Origin: Macrostomum lignano
Taxonomy: Eukaryota
Assembly (NCBI GenBank): GCA_002269645.1
Contig: NIVC01000616.1
Location: 310,001 to 374,000, forward strand
Reading direction: 5' to 3'
DNA length: 64,000 nt
A model generated the notes under the pieces. The model was not told the DNA's origin and ran no database searches. It saw only the letters and a list, made by a program, of their open reading frames with translations. Shown piece by piece: positions 51,000-64,000 of the stretch. The position numbers were made by a program, and so were the translations under genes. Position 1 is the first letter of the stretch. Every line of letters starts with the position of its first letter.

Positions 51000-53900
51000 T
51001 CTCGGTTAATTACAATTAAGATTTCAGATTTTAATCTCGCCTCCGATCTCGGGCAGATCCGGGTCTCCTTCGGACAGAACTTCCGGGTGCCTCAGGCTCG
51101 GCTCGAACAGGCTGTTCCGGAGCGGGCTGCTCGGCTGGCTCCATATCGCTGCATGCCTTCGCTGGACTCAGGGCAGCATCGGCCCTGTCAGCCATCATCT
51201 GCGGCCTAATCCAGTACGCCACTTCTCCAACTTTCTTGATGACCTTGTACATGCTCTTATACGGCCGGCCGATAAAACTTTGGCAGCTCTTCCAGTTCGA
51301 GCTTCGGGTTGGCTAGGCAGACAAGGTCGCCGGGCTGCCGTTCTTGAAAGAATCTTCTCGGCGCTGGATCTCTGCTTGTAGTCGTAGTCGTACAATCCCC
51401 TCCGTCTCGGCCAGTTCTTCGCTGATGTTTGGCGATGTACTCCGGGAGGTCGGCAGCTACGTCCAGTCGGTCTAGGCCGGGTGTTATCGATCGGGTACCG
51501 ATAGGGCACTCTGTCAGACGATGTAGTGCGGCGAGAATCCTGTTGTACGATTGACTGCTGATCTCAGGGCTGTCAAAGCGGCTGGCAGCATATTGTCCCA
51601 TTGTTGATAATCTTCCAGGAGACAAGTGAGAACCTTCTTAATGTTCTTGTTGCACAACTCGGCTTGTCTATTAGCCCAGGGCGGTGTCGTCGTTTGTCGG
51701 ATGCCATGGACTTCGAAGAAATGACGGAACACGTGCCCTGTGTACTTTCCCTTGATCAGAGTGGATCCATGCTGGGATTCCAGTGATCGGAACACTTTGT
51801 CCCTGCAGTAGAGTTATAATAGTCTTGGCCCGCTGATTATTCATGGCGAAGGCGAAAGGATATTTCGACGTCGTGTCGACGTAGGTCGGGATGTACTTGT
51901 TGCCTCGGTCTGTCTGGATCTTCAGTGGGGCCTAGGATGTCGATCGCACATCGCCCACAGATTTCGCAGACCGGAAACGATTGTGTATGCGCCGGAATTC
52001 GTCGCCGTCCTTTGCTCTGGGTGAATGGCAGGAAGCGACATAGTCGGACACTGTTTTAGCTAGGGCAGGTCGCCAGAACCGTTCGCGCACTTTAGCTGTG
52101 GTGAGATCTCGGCCCATGTGTCCGCAGTACGGCGATCCATAGAGATCGGCGAACACTGTGGCGTCGAGACTTTTCGGCAGGACTTGTCTTGTCTTGTCAT
52201 CCTTTTGTCGCCGGTAGGCGTGGATTACCCGAATGGAAAAATTCCCTCGGGTTTTTGACCTTGATATTGTTTAGGGAGGTGCTCTGGGTGGTCGGTCCAG
52301 AGCCACTCTGATAGGGGAAGGTTTGCCCACGAAACAGTTTTTACACTATGTTCGAGGGCCTCTCTCCCCCCCCCCGGTTCTCCGCAGCGTCTTGTCCAGC
52401 TTCTTCTTCATCGTCATCTTCATCTTCAACTTCTTTTTCGGCAGGACGATCCGCGCTGTTCCTTCGTCGTCGGCGTCGTCTAGGTGTACTACTAGCAGAC
52501 TATCGTCTCGGACTTCGAGCTGGTCGTAGAATGCTAGGAGATTTTGCTCGTCTCTCGTCATATTCAGTCGCTGATTGAGCGGTGGCTTCGGTTGATCGCT
52601 TTCGAGTAGATCGATCACCATGGCGATGACAGAGTCAGCACGCTGATGGGTCTGGAGCTCCTCGCTAGTGACTGGCCTCGGGATGTGATCTGTTGAACTC
52701 AATGTTCGGCGTCTGTCGGTTGAACTAGTCGGTGCGGCATCGGCTGTGGCGGCATGACTCGGGGTCGGGAGCTCCCTCCTCATAGTCGCTATACTTGGAC
52801 CGGTTGCAGTTGCTGTTCCCTCAAGTCATGCCGCACCGACTGCAGCACCTGCAACAGGAACAGGAGCTGTCAGCGTCGCTGCTGAACCTCACTTTCTTCT
52901 TGAACTTAGCACTGCGAACGGGTTGGCAGCTGTCGTCTAGGGCTGCACTGTGGTCGCTGTCCTTGTAGTCTCCAGCTAGTAGGCGGCGGCTCCTTGTATG
53001 GCAACGTGTCGGGCTACTGAACCGGGTTGGCGACACTTGAGAGTCACGGTAACGGCGGGCTGCCGACCTCGGCTTCGCTGCCGGCGGATGCAGCTCTGTC
53101 AGCGGCTTGCTGTCGGCTGTCGGGGTTGCTGGCGGCATCGCCTCTTCGTTGAACTCTTTCTTAGCCGGCGGTCTCCGTCTCTTTCGGCGGGCAGGCGTCT
53201 TCTGACTTGGTGGACGACGTGGCTGCTGTCGTGGACCTTCGGCGCCACTGCGCAGGGTGTCGCGGCTGGCTGCTTACTTTGGTCTTCAACAGGGGCTTGT
53301 CTTTTAGCCTCCTCCAGACATTCGGCTCGCGTGTAGCGAAGTGGGGCGGCAGTGCCGGGATCTGACAGCATCCCGGTTGCGAGATCTAGAGAGTTGCCGT
53401 GCTTCAGGGTCAATTTCAATTAAAAAGCATCCCTGAACTTCACCAGTTAGAAACGGATCTTTTCGAGGGCGCTTGAGTGCAGACGTCTGTACAGGTGCGG
53501 AGGCGGTCTCAGCAGTGACCTGCTGAGCGACTAAGGTCCTGGCCGGGGACTTTGGTGCTGGCTCTCTGCTGCTGGACGGCGCTGCCTCCGACGACGTATA
53601 CTAGCCGCTCCGTTTCCCGAACTGCTGTTGCGCTGGGACGCGGTGCTGGCGGTCCGTCGGTGCGGGCACTCGTCGGCGCGCTGGTGCTCACTGTTTACAC
53701 CTGTAGCACATCGCGTTCTGCCGCCGTAGCTGATGGGACGGCGTACGCGAACTCTGTGGTTGCTGCTGCTGCTGCTGCTTCTGGCTTCGTTGATCTCCTG
53801 CGGGCGGTGTCCTTTGGTGGCGGATTGCTGCCATCTCGCGGCGGCGGTTGCTGAAGTCGATGGAACTGGCGATGCTGCACATGTCTGGTGCCAGATTTCG

Positions 53901-54310
53901 TGACTTGGGTGCCTTCGTCGGCGTTGCGGCAAGGAACCGGGGGCGTCAGACATCGGTTGCGCTGGGCCCAGGAATCCCGCGGCTGATGGCGAGTCGGTTA
54001 CCACGGCTCGTGGGTGTCGATATTGCGCGATCCCAGCGAGTGGGACTCTGGCAACTCGTTGCTCAGGGCTTCCAGAATTTGGCGCTGCTCTTGAAGAGTC
54101 TCGGTTTGGCGTTCCATCACCTCACGCAACCAACTTTTCTCGGGCCGAGTTGACTTGTCGTGTTGCACTCCAGTTGGTGACTGAATATCGTCATCCTCGA
54201 GAACCCGGACATGTCGTGCTGGCAACGCTACGCGTTGAGCCAGGCTAGCTGCTGTCTCAAGGCGTAGGACAGCCCGTCTCGCTGCGGTAAGATTCTGCGG
54301 ACGCACCAGG
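51000..54310 (-). mobile_element. Decayed Ty3/Gypsy LTR-retrotransposon internal region (gag plus integrase; RT/RNaseH not seen)
   Basis: Gag knuckle remnant CYRCKQ at about 53700; post-RNaseH tether (QRADSVIAMVIDLL...LVVH...IVLPKK); integrase zinc region (GHMGRDLTTAKVRERFWRPALAKTVSDYVASC); core (YVDTTSKYPFAF, HSDQGK, GIRQTTTPPWANRQAELCNKNIKKVL...W...LP..TGFSP); C-terminal PYKSMYKVIKKVGEVAYWI. Multiple stops and frameshifts. Confidence 0.85.
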
Positions 54311-56446
54311 AATAGGGATTAGCTGCTCTCTCGCTGATTGGGCAACCCAGACTCCCACGGTGAACTGGTCCACCAGATCAGCCTGCTTCTGGGCTGGCGT
54401 GAAGTGCGGGAATGCTCGATCAGCCAGAGAAATTAGTCGATAGCAGTAGTCGTCAACGCTCTCGCGTTCTTGCCTTGCTGGCAGGACCGGAACTGCTCAC
54501 TGTACTCCAGCGTGTCGGCCACATACGTAAAGCGTTCAGAAAGTCGTTTTTTAAACTCGCCAAAGTTCAGATTATCTGGCAGCTCCATCCTGCTGACGAC
54601 TGCGGGATACATGTAGGTACACTAAACGCTACGTACCTCCATCAACTCATTTATTAAAATTTAGCTAGGCGCCTAATTGAATTTTACCAATAGCGATGTT
54701 TCATCATTAAAGTTTTTGTGAATTACATTGCAAAGAAATTCATCAGCTACATGTAATTGTACCGGTAGTTATATTAACATGTATAATTGTCCATTAATAG
54801 GCCTACTGGCTCTTGCTCTGTCGGCCAAAAGCTTGTGAGCACGTCGGATGGGACTGTATGCAGACGGCCCGTCGGAAAAAAGCCTAAAAATACAGCAAAA
54901 AGATAGACGCGCATGCATAGCACCTACCAGCGCCCGAGTTTAAAAGACGCATAAATAACGAAGATTCGATCTATTTCACACGGCATTATATGATACAAAA
55001 ATAGTTCATAAAACAAATCGTTAAACTTTTTATTTGGTTTCGGCCTTTAATAAAGCAAAATATTCAAAATTAGCATTAAATATTGCGATATGTATTGAAT
55101 TGCTAACTTGAGCAGAAATAATCTATGATATGCAAAAGATTTTTAAAATAATTTTCATTTATCACGCACGGCGGCGCGGCCATCGCGCGCGCGGATCTGA
55201 TGACTGACTGACTGCCTCTGAAAAAATTTCTCCTTGCATTTTGGTAGTTTTTCTTACAATACAATATGTATGTACATGTACTTTGTACTTCTACAAAGGT
55301 TTTCTATCTTTGATAAGATCGATCCAAGACAGAAAATGACATTTGTATTAATCTTAAAAAATGACTTGCAATGTACTATTTAGAGAAGCTGTAATTTGCA
55401 CTTGCATCGTGCAGAGGTTCATTACACAAAAATCGTTTTTTATTGCTCTTTCCCTAAAGGTAAAGTCTCAAAGCTTTAGCTATATGATATTAGGAAAGTT
55501 GGCATAGTGTCTAGCTGTAACATTTTTAGGCCTATACTATTTTTTTACTATTTAGCAGCAAAGAACTTCAGAATCTTGAGCATATTTTAAATTTAGCTTT
55601 TGATACTTATTGATAAAAGCTATTGATAATTGATAATATTGAAATTAGCTAAATATTTTAACTTTGTGATCTCAACTTATAGCAACCCAGGATCAAGATA
55701 AAGATAGAGATAATTTAATGGCATATGGTAACACCTTTCTACAAGCCTATATGTACTCTTAATAGACTTCTAAATATATATTCCCCCAAAAATAATACGT
55801 TAGATACCTGTTATTCAAATACATTTAAGATGTTTATTTTCATAAAAAATGTCTGCCTTTCAATGGCTTCAATAAATTCTTACTAAGTATTGTTTCTGAT
55901 TTTACATCATAGACCAAATTGCTATTGCAGCATAAATTTTCAAGTTGCAACCAGTATCTATGATTAAATTGCAAATTATAACTTCTTTAAATCAACCCAT
56001 TCATTTAATAGTACCTAGCTTCATACAAGCTATATAAAATATAAAGCTCATTGAATGGTCCTAGTTTGTGCATAAAAAAGTTATTGTAACTTATTGCTTA
56101 TTTGCAAAATTTGTTGGTGAAACAATTTTGTTTTTGAATTACTGACATTAAGCTATAAACTTAAAACTTTATATTTCAGTTAGTGAAAATTATAATCATT
56201 TACAAGTTTTTTAAAGTTATAAACTATTTTATTTACAAGATGACAGATATTATAGAGTACATATATAATAATTAAGTTTAAATATAATAATTACAAGGTA
56301 AGAGAGCAATGTTAAACAATATTAGGACTTCGTACTTTATTAAAACAACTATACTACGAGTAATAAACTTTAGAGGCACATTATAATGCAGTTGCTCGAT
56401 TTTAGCAGTTTTTTAACCTAAATGTTAAAGAAGTATTTATAATAGT

Positions 56447-56971
56447 TTAGAATGGCTTTTGCTGTAGGTTCAGAGAGGCCTGGCTTCCGCTGCCACTGTA
56501 GGCTTTGTCCATTCGCTGCATGGCTGGATATTGCTGTTGCTGCTGTTGCTGCTGGCTCATCATGTAGGCAGCTGATGAGAACGGCAGCTGGCTTCTGTGC
56601 TGCATCGGTGGCGGCTGAGGTTGCTGCTGCTGCTGCTGGTAAATATAGGCCCCGGTGCCCATCTGGTGGGTGGCCACTGGCGCGTAGTCTCTGATGTCGC
56701 TTTCGTCGCCTTTGATATCTTTGCGCACCTCCAGGTAGATTCGGATCTGACAGCAGACTGGCACTGTGATGGTGACGGTCGCAATCAGCACGATGATAAC
56801 CCCGAACACCATGAACAGGTCGTAGCGGCTGGAGTCGAAGCCGTACATTCGGCCGAAGCAGAGAATCCCAACGCCCAGAGTGAGAATGGCTACTCCCACG
56901 AGCAGAACGCAAAACATCGTCCGGAATCGCTGGACCTGTTCCGGGGTGAACCCGCTGGTTGTGCTGAGCAT
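56447..56971 (-). CDS. Uncharacterised 174-aa membrane protein with two TM helices and a Gln/Pro-rich tail
   Basis: ATG-initiated GC-rich ORF in AT-rich flanks with hydrophobic segments MFCVLLVGVAILTLGVGILCF and LFMVFGVIIVLIATVTITVPVCC; acceptor-like TTCACAG upstream. Confidence 0.75.
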   Translation of the reverse strand: MLSTTSGFTPEQVQRFRTMFCVLLVGVAILTLGVGILCFGRMYGFDSSRYDLFMVFGVIIVLIATVTITVPVCCQIRIYLEVRKDIKGDESDIRDYAPVATHQMGTGAYIYQQQQQQPQPPPMQHRSQLPFSSAAYMMSQQQQQQQQYPAMQRMDKAYSGSGSQASLNLQQKPF

Positions 56972-57734
56972 TGCTAATAGCTGTGAATTGTTGCCTTGAA
57001 GATTGCAGAGCTGCTCTTCAGAGCCAGTTTTTTTCAGAGCGCTAGCAAGGTTTCCGCAGATTTGCGCTCAGCTAAGGACTAAATAAATTCAGCAGAGCCA
57101 GATAAGATAGTCAACGTGGGCTGAGACTGAAATATTGCCGAATCTTTCTGCGTTAAACAACTCGATCTCCCCTCTATTTGGGTTTGAGAGATAAGCAGGG
57201 CACTGATACACAAATTGTGTATTAGTGTGCTTTGTCTTGCCGTTACTCAGCCTTGCAAAGCTATAGCTTGGAGAGGTCTGAATTTTGCATGACAACTGCG
57301 CTATTATATGATTGTCTTCAAGAATATAGAACTGCTTGTTTTCCTGTTGACATCATTGGCATGCACTTTTTCATCTGTATAAACAACAGAGAAACTGCGG
57401 GCTCTGTTTATTTATTGCAAATAAACTTTCTAACAGGTTATTGGCACGAGAAATATGGCAACTCAAATTTAAGCTGTCAGTCAATTTCATTCGTGTGATG
57501 TTTAACCATAGACACTGCTAAATTGAAAGGCAAACAGCATTCTGTTGCCACAGACATCGTGATGACGTAAACTAATCAAACAGGTTTGGCCATAGACTAA
57601 CAAAAGCTTACTCAAATCAAAGCAGAGTCATCAGATTCTAATTTTTAGATTAGATTTTTAGAAATCTTAACTACGCCCGTGAAAGCGAAGCGAATAACGT
57701 CACAGCCGTGCCCCGCAATTTCCAGCTAGGCACA

Positions 57735-60700
57735 ATGACCGGCCGTCAGAATCGCTACCGACCTTTGCCGCACCTTCCGCCAGTCATCGGCTTCGGCTCC
57801 TCGGACGCCTCCTCGTTTTCCTCCGGCCTGTCCGAGGAGTGTCGCCGAGTGCTGAGCTTCCTGCGCAGGCAGCGGCAGAGGAAGGCCGAAATGCGGCGAG
57901 CCGTGGCGCAGTCTGGAAGGTCGGCGTACAGCGGGCCGCGCTGCGATCCCGTCATTCGACCAGTGAGCGTCCAGCCCGAGGTCGATGCTGGAGACGGCAG
58001 CAACAGCGCTGTTGCTTCTGGCGGAAGGAAGCGGAAAATTTTCTACAGCAGAAATTTTCCCATTGATTGCGGTGTGTTGCCATAGTTTTGCATTGCCTTG
58101 TATCATGACAAAGGGGCTCTGGCTTGGGAAACAGCGTCCTTGGATTAGTTAAGAGGGTTGGGGTTGGTAAAGAGTAGGTGGGATTGGTAAAGAGCGGGTG
58201 GGGTTGGTAAAGAGTAGGTGGGGTTGGTAAAGAGTAGGTGGGGTTGGTAAAGAGTAGGTGGGGTTGGTAAAGAGCGGGTGGGGTTGGTAAAGAGTAGGTG
58301 GGGTTGGTAAAGAGTAGCTGGGGTTGGTAAAGAGTTAGGTGGGGTTGGTAAAGAGTAGGTGGGGTTGGTAAAGAGTAGGTGGGGTTGGTAAAGAGTAGGT
58401 GGGGTTGGTAAAGAGTAGGTGGGGTTGGTAAAGAGTAGGTGGGGTTGGTAAAGAGTAGGTGGGGTTGGTAAAGAGTAGGTGGGGTTGGTAAAGAGTAGGT
58501 GGGGTTGGTAAAGAGTAGGTGGGGTTGGTAAAGAGTAGGTGGGGTTGGTAAAGAGTAGGTGGGGTTGGTAAAGAGTAGGTGGGGTTGGTAAAGAGTAGGT
58601 GGGGTTGGTAAAGAGTAGGTGGGGTTGGTAAAGAGTAGGTGGGGTTGGTAAAGAGCGGGTGGGGTTGGTAAAGAGTAGGTGGGGTTGGTAAAGAGTAGGT
58701 GGGGTTGGTAAAGAGTAGGTGGGGTTGGTAAAGAGTAGGTGGGGTTGGTAAACAGTTAGGTGGGGTTGGTAAACAGTTAGGTGGGGTTGGTAAAGAGTAG
58801 GTGGGGTTGGTAAAGAGTAGGTGGGGTTGGTAAAGAGTAGGTGGGGTTGGTAAACAGTTAGGTGGGGTTGGTAAAGAGTAGGTGGGGTTGGTAAACAGTT
58901 AGGTGGGGTTGGTAAAGAGTAGGTGGGGTTGGTAAACAGTTAGGTGGGGTTGGTAAGCAGTTCGGTGGGGTTGGTAAACAGTTAGGTGGGGTTGGTAAAG
59001 AGTAGGTGGGGTTGGTAAGCAGTTCGGTGGGGTTGTTCCTATCCCACATCCCACAATCCAAAACCCCACCTCAGGCCAGCCATCTGTCCAGTCGCAGCCG
59101 CCGAGGCCGCACCCGCTGGGCCGGCTGTTCATCTTCAACCCCGGCCCGGACACATTCGACCGAGCCTGGAAGCTCCGCCTTGTCGGCTTGCCGTCCCCGC
59201 CGCCGCAGCCGCCTTCGCCGCCTTCCAGCCCGTCCTCGGTGCCGCTCGCCGCCACTGAGGCGCACATCATTGACCGGGTGATTCAGCAGCGAGAAGCTCC
59301 CGGATCTGCTTCGCCCAGCTCTCCCAAAACCACGCCGCCGCCGCCGCCAGCAGCAGCAGCCGAGAAGTCGCCAGCAGCTGCAGCTTCCAGCGCTGCGCCG
59401 CCGCTGATCGATCCAGCCGCGGCCCGGCTTGAGGACGCCGAAGACGGCGTCTCCCGCGACCTGCTGCTGCTCTGCCTGACCGCACCGCGGCAGCAGCCGG
59501 CGGCTAGCGAGGCGGACAGCGACCAGAGCCTCATCAGCGGCAGCGGCCAGCCGCCCCAGTACTCGGGCATATTCCTGTTCTACGGCAACGTGGCCAGCAA
59601 GACCGCGTCTCTGTCGCAGACGTACAGCCTGGCCGTGCTGTGCCAGGCGGACTTCCGGGCCTCCCTGACTCGCCTGCTGGTGTCCAGCCGGGTGTCCCGG
59701 GTCTGCTGCACTCATCTCAAAGCGTTCTGCCATCTGGCCGCAGCGGCCGAGGATACCACGGACTCTGGCGAGTCTGGCGACCAGTTCCTGCAGCTGCTGA
59801 GCGGCCGGGTGCTGGACCTGCCGCTGGCGCACTTCCTGCTCGAGCCCGACAAGCCGCTGGACGATGTCCACTCGCTGCTGCTGCGCCACCTGCCCAGCCG
59901 GTTCGACCCGGCCGCGGTTGGCTCGCTGCCAGTGTGGGAACAGGTCTTTGTTCTGCGCTCTGTGTACTTTTGTTTGGGCTGATTATGGCTGTGTGTACTT
60001 TTGTTTGGGCTGGTTATGACTGTGTACTTTTGACTGAACCGGTTATGGCTGTGTGCACTTTTGTTTGGGCTGGTTATGACTGTGTGTACTAATTAAATTA
60101 GTCTTAAGATTCGTCTTAAGCAGGCATTTTTGGCACCCCATGCGCTGCAGGCCTTTCTAATTGGTCGCCTGTGGTGGCGCCTGGAACGGCGGCTTCAGCA
60201 GGCCGGGATGCTCGACCTGTTCACCAAACTCGAGTCCCCGCTGGTGCCGCTGATCTACCTGATGGAGCGGACCGGGGTGCGGGCTGACAAGGGGAAGCTG
60301 GCCGAGATTAAGCTGGATTTGGATAAGAAGCTGGACCAGCTCAAGAATAGCATCTATGAGGTGGGCTTGACAGTGCTCAAGGTGTTGAGTCTGATAGTGG
60401 GTGTTAGTTATAAAGGAGTGTGGCAGCTTTGATTTGCAGTTTATGCAGTATGAGCGTCAAGATCTCAAGTATGAGCGTCAAGTATGAGATGAGGATACAC
60501 ACAAGGTCAAATGGACACAAAAAAGGTCAGATGAGGACACGCAAGGTTCAGATGAGGACACGCAATGTCAGATGAGGACACGCAAGGTCAGATGAGGACA
60601 CGCAAGGTTCAGATGAGGACACGCAAGGTCAGATTAGGACGCACATAAGGTCAGATGAGGACACGCAAGGTCAGATTAGGACACACATAAGGTCAGATTA

Positions 60701-63388
60701 GGACACACATAAGGTCAGATGAGGACACACACAAGGTTCAGATGAGGACACGCAAGGTTCAGATGAGGACACGCAAGGTCAGATGTGGACACAAGGTCAA
60801 ATGAGGACACAAAAGGTCAAATGAGGACACGTAAAGTTTAGATGAGGACACCTGAATTCCAGATAAGGATATAATTGATTATGAAAGAGGACACCCAGAG
60901 TGTTTACAGACAGAACCTCTTGCGCAAGGGTCGTAATCACAATGGAACATCTGTCACATCAACCTCTGCCCACCCGAAGGCCGCGGGTGAGACCTTCTGC
61001 ATCAACAGCCCGCTACAGCTGAAGAACCTGCTGTACTCGAAGCTCCGCCTGCACGAGCAACTGACAGCCGACGAACTGCAGAACAGCGGATTGACCAAAG
61101 CGGTGAAGGACCAGTCAACCAAGCAGGAGGTGCTCATGCTCATGGCGCTCAAGCACCCCCTGCCAGCTCAAGTTGTGGCCTACAGGCGGCTCCATCGCAC
61201 CATCAGCGTCTGCTGCGTTGGATATCAGGTACACTGTAACTGGAGTTCTGCGATTTTCGATACATATCGGTAATTGCTAATCGTATTTAAATCGATTTCA
61301 CTCTCCTTGACTTGCACTGATGAAGGAGTTTGTCGAGTCGGACGGCCGGATTCGGCCGGTGTGGGATCAGAGATCCGCGGTGACTGGCCGGCTGTACAGC
61401 TCGCTGCCGAACCTGCAGGGACTGCCCAGGTAACTGGGGCTTCTCTGTGCGCCATGTTGGCTAGATTAGCAATCCATGTTGACTAGATTAGCAATCCATG
61501 TTGGCTAGATTAGCAATCCAAGTTGGCTAGATTAGCAATCCATGTTGACCAGATTAGCAATCCATATTGGCTAGATTAGCAATCCATATTGGCTAGATTA
61601 TCAATCCTTACTGACTAGATTAGCAATCCATACTGACTAGATTAGCAATCCATATTGACTAGATTAGCAATCCATATTGACTAGATTAGCAATCCAAACT
61701 GACTAGATTAGCAATCCATACTGACTAGATTAGCAATCCATATTGGCTAGATTTGCAATCCACCATAACCCTGCCATCCCCGGCCAGGCAGTGCAGCGAC
61801 CCCCTGGACAGCAGCCGCTACAGCGTCCGCGCCTGCTTCCAGGCGCAATCTGGGCGCAGCCTCCTCGCCATCGACTATCGACACGTGGAACTGCGAATCT
61901 TCGCCCACCTGACCGGCGACGCCCGACTAAAGGCGGCCTTTGCAGCGGACACCGACGTGTTCGAGGACCTGGCGCGGGTCTGCTTGAACCGACCGGAGCC
62001 GAAGCCGGGAGCTGCAGGTAACGGCGAAGGTGCCCAAGAAGGCTCGGCTGTCGCGGCAGTCACGGAGGCTGACCGTGACGTCACGAAGCGGCTGGTGTAC
62101 GCCACTATGTACGGGGCCTGCCAGCAGAAGCTCACAGAGATCCTGTCCACTGCTGTCAGCATTGGCCAGGTGCGAGATGAGTGGCCGAGCGGGAGGGAAG
62201 GGTAGAGGGAGCGGAAAGAGAGCGGATGGATAGGGAGGGGAGAAAGCGTATAGATGGGGAGAGGGAGACAGCGGATAGATGGGGAGAGGGAGACAGCGGA
62301 TAGATGGGGAGAGGGAGACAGCGGATAGATGGGGAGAGGGAGACAGCGGATAGATGGGGAGGGGAGAAAGCGTATAGATGGGGAGAGGGAGACAGCGGAT
62401 AGATGGGGAGAGGGAGACAGCGGATAGATGGGGAGAGGGAGACAGCGGATAGATGGGGAGAGGGAGACAGCGGATAGATGGGGATGAGGAGACAGCGGAT
62501 AGATGAGGAGGGGAGACAGCGGATAGATGAGGAGGGGAGACAGCGGATAGATGGGAGGAGAGAGCGGATAGATGGGGAGGGGGAGAGAGCGGATAGATGG
62601 GGAGGGGAGAGAGCGGATAGATGGGGATGAGGAGAGAGCGGATAGATGGGGACGGGGGGAGAGAGCGGGTAGATAGGGAGGGGGAGAGAGCGGATGGATA
62701 GAGAGAGGAGAGAGCGGATAGATGGGAGGGGGGAGAGGAGAGAGCGGATTAATGGTACGTGTAATTTCTCGAGCCGCAGTTGCACCGCAGCCCTACCGCT
62801 TCCTCCCTCTCGCCAGGTGAAGCGGATGTACGAAGCCCTGCAGCGCAGCTGGCCGACCCCGTTCGAATATTTCCGCCGGGTCACCCGGCAGGCGGCCACC
62901 GACCGCACAGTCGCCACCCTGATGGGCCGGCGGCGCACCTTCGCGGATATCGACAGCCCCGTGCCGTCGGCGAGGGCGCGAGCCCAGCGCCAGGCTGTGA
63001 ATTTCACAATTCAGGTGGGGGCTTGGGCATCAAACTCGACCGTTGCTCAATTAATGGACACTTAATTCCCACTTTTATGTGAATATCTGCCTCGCCTGTC
63101 AGATTACAACCTCCGCTGAATCCCCGACCCCCGCAGGGCAGCGCGGCCGACCTGTGCAAGCTGGCGATGCTGAGCTGCTGGGAGGCCGCCAACGCCTCGC
63201 CAGAGCTGCGCGACGCCCGTCTGGTGCTGCACCTGCACGACGAGCTGGTGTGGGAGGTGGCGGCCTCGCGGGCCGAGCTCGCAGCCGCAGAATTCGGCCG
63301 AGTGATGGAGGGCCTGGCGGAGCGGATCGGGCTGGCCGTGCCGCTTAGGGTGCGCACTCGCTGCGGCGCTGACCTGGCATTTAAATAA
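57735..63388 (+). CDS. POLN: Family A DNA polymerase, DNA polymerase nu-like
   Basis: Exons about 57735-57962/58071 (junction uncertain), 59075-59931, 60151-60360, 60980-61228, 61326-61429, 61788-62169, 62817-63014, 63137-63388. Motifs: TGRLYSSLPNLQ, A IDYRHVELRIFAHLTGD, B RDVTKRLVYATMYG, RQAVNFTIQGSAADLCKLAM, C LHDELVWEV. Motif B and GSAADLCKLAM resemble POLN rather than POLQ, and no helicase domain is seen. Confidence 0.82.
58150..59035. repeat. 21/22-bp G-rich minisatellite (GGGGTTGGTAAAGAGTAGGT) in POLN intron 1
   Basis: About 40 tandem units. Confidence 0.96.
60510..60855. repeat. 20-21-bp minisatellite (TCAGATGAGGACACGCAAGG)
   Basis: POLN intron. Confidence 0.92.
61455..61760. repeat. 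22-bp minisatellite (GACTAGATTAGCAATCCATATT)
   Basis: POLN intron. Confidence 0.92.
62190..62750. repeat. About 24-bp purine-rich minisatellite (GGGGAGAGGGAGACAGCGGATAGAT)
   Basis: POLN intron. Confidence 0.93.
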
Positions 63389-64000
63389 CTTTTTTCTGCG
63401 ACCATGTGCTAAGCATTCTACTGCTTCTGCGTAGCAGTAGTAGTGTGCAAAAATGCGAGTACTTTTCTTGCTGAATTGATTAAAAAAAGTTTTAAAAATA
63501 CTGCAGATAAATCTGTTGATTCAAATGTAGAAGAAACAGTTCACTTTTTGAGCCGTTAAATGCTTTTGGTTTTCTAAAGTTTTTTTGGAAATGTTTTTAC
63601 TGTTGTTTTTTGTTTTTGCTTCTTTATCTCGGCATTTTATTTTCACTTGCCAATTTCCTACAGAATTTCCTACAGTCCAAATAAATTACGGCATTCACGA
63701 AAGCACGGAGATGGCCGGCTCGCAATTGAAATCGGCAGTTAAAAAGGCGACAGCGAAAGGCGCTCCTCGATCAAAAAGTCGAACGCCTGTCTGCCTCTGA
63801 ATAAATAGCTGAATAATATTTGTATTTATTATTTTTTACTTTTCATTTAGGAGCAAACGCACTCTTGTGATAAATAAAATACAAGCTGGATGGCTTAAAA
63901 CCGTTACTACTTGCTAGAGTCACAACTGGTTTGTTATGGCAGGGAAAAAGAATAAGGGAAATACTCGTAGACGAAAGTGCAGAACTGACTACTCTTCCTG

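Overview
This is a eukaryotic (metazoan) genomic window with GC-rich exons and introns packed with micro- and minisatellites. The style resembles a free-living flatworm such as Macrostomum, but that is inference only. Genes reconstructed by hand from GT-AG splice sites: an SLC24/NCKX exchanger (minus, 946-7587, running off the left edge); a three-exon ankyrin-repeat/cGAS-like (Mab-21, cGLR) nucleotidyltransferase fusion (plus, 10284-14263) whose frame has one in-frame TGA inside an ankyrin repeat; a complete 11-exon PARP1 (plus, 18446-35268) with a nested antisense ORF in intron 3; CHMP2A (minus, 36944-38426); an intronless orphan ORF (minus, 45698-46573); a two-TM Q/P-rich protein gene (minus, 56447-56971); and a POLN-like family A DNA polymerase (plus, 57735-63388). 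Mobile DNA includes a tRNA-derived SINE-like element, two non-autonomous hAT elements with perfect 8-bp TSDs, a foldback-like inverted satellite structure, a dispersed element carrying a 28-bp minisatellite, and an internally deleted Gypsy remnant. The strongest candidate for new biology is the helical-repeat/ankyrin-cGLR receptor, which has a myristoylation motif and a possible stop-readthrough switch. No database searches or computations were run; exon boundaries were read by eye.
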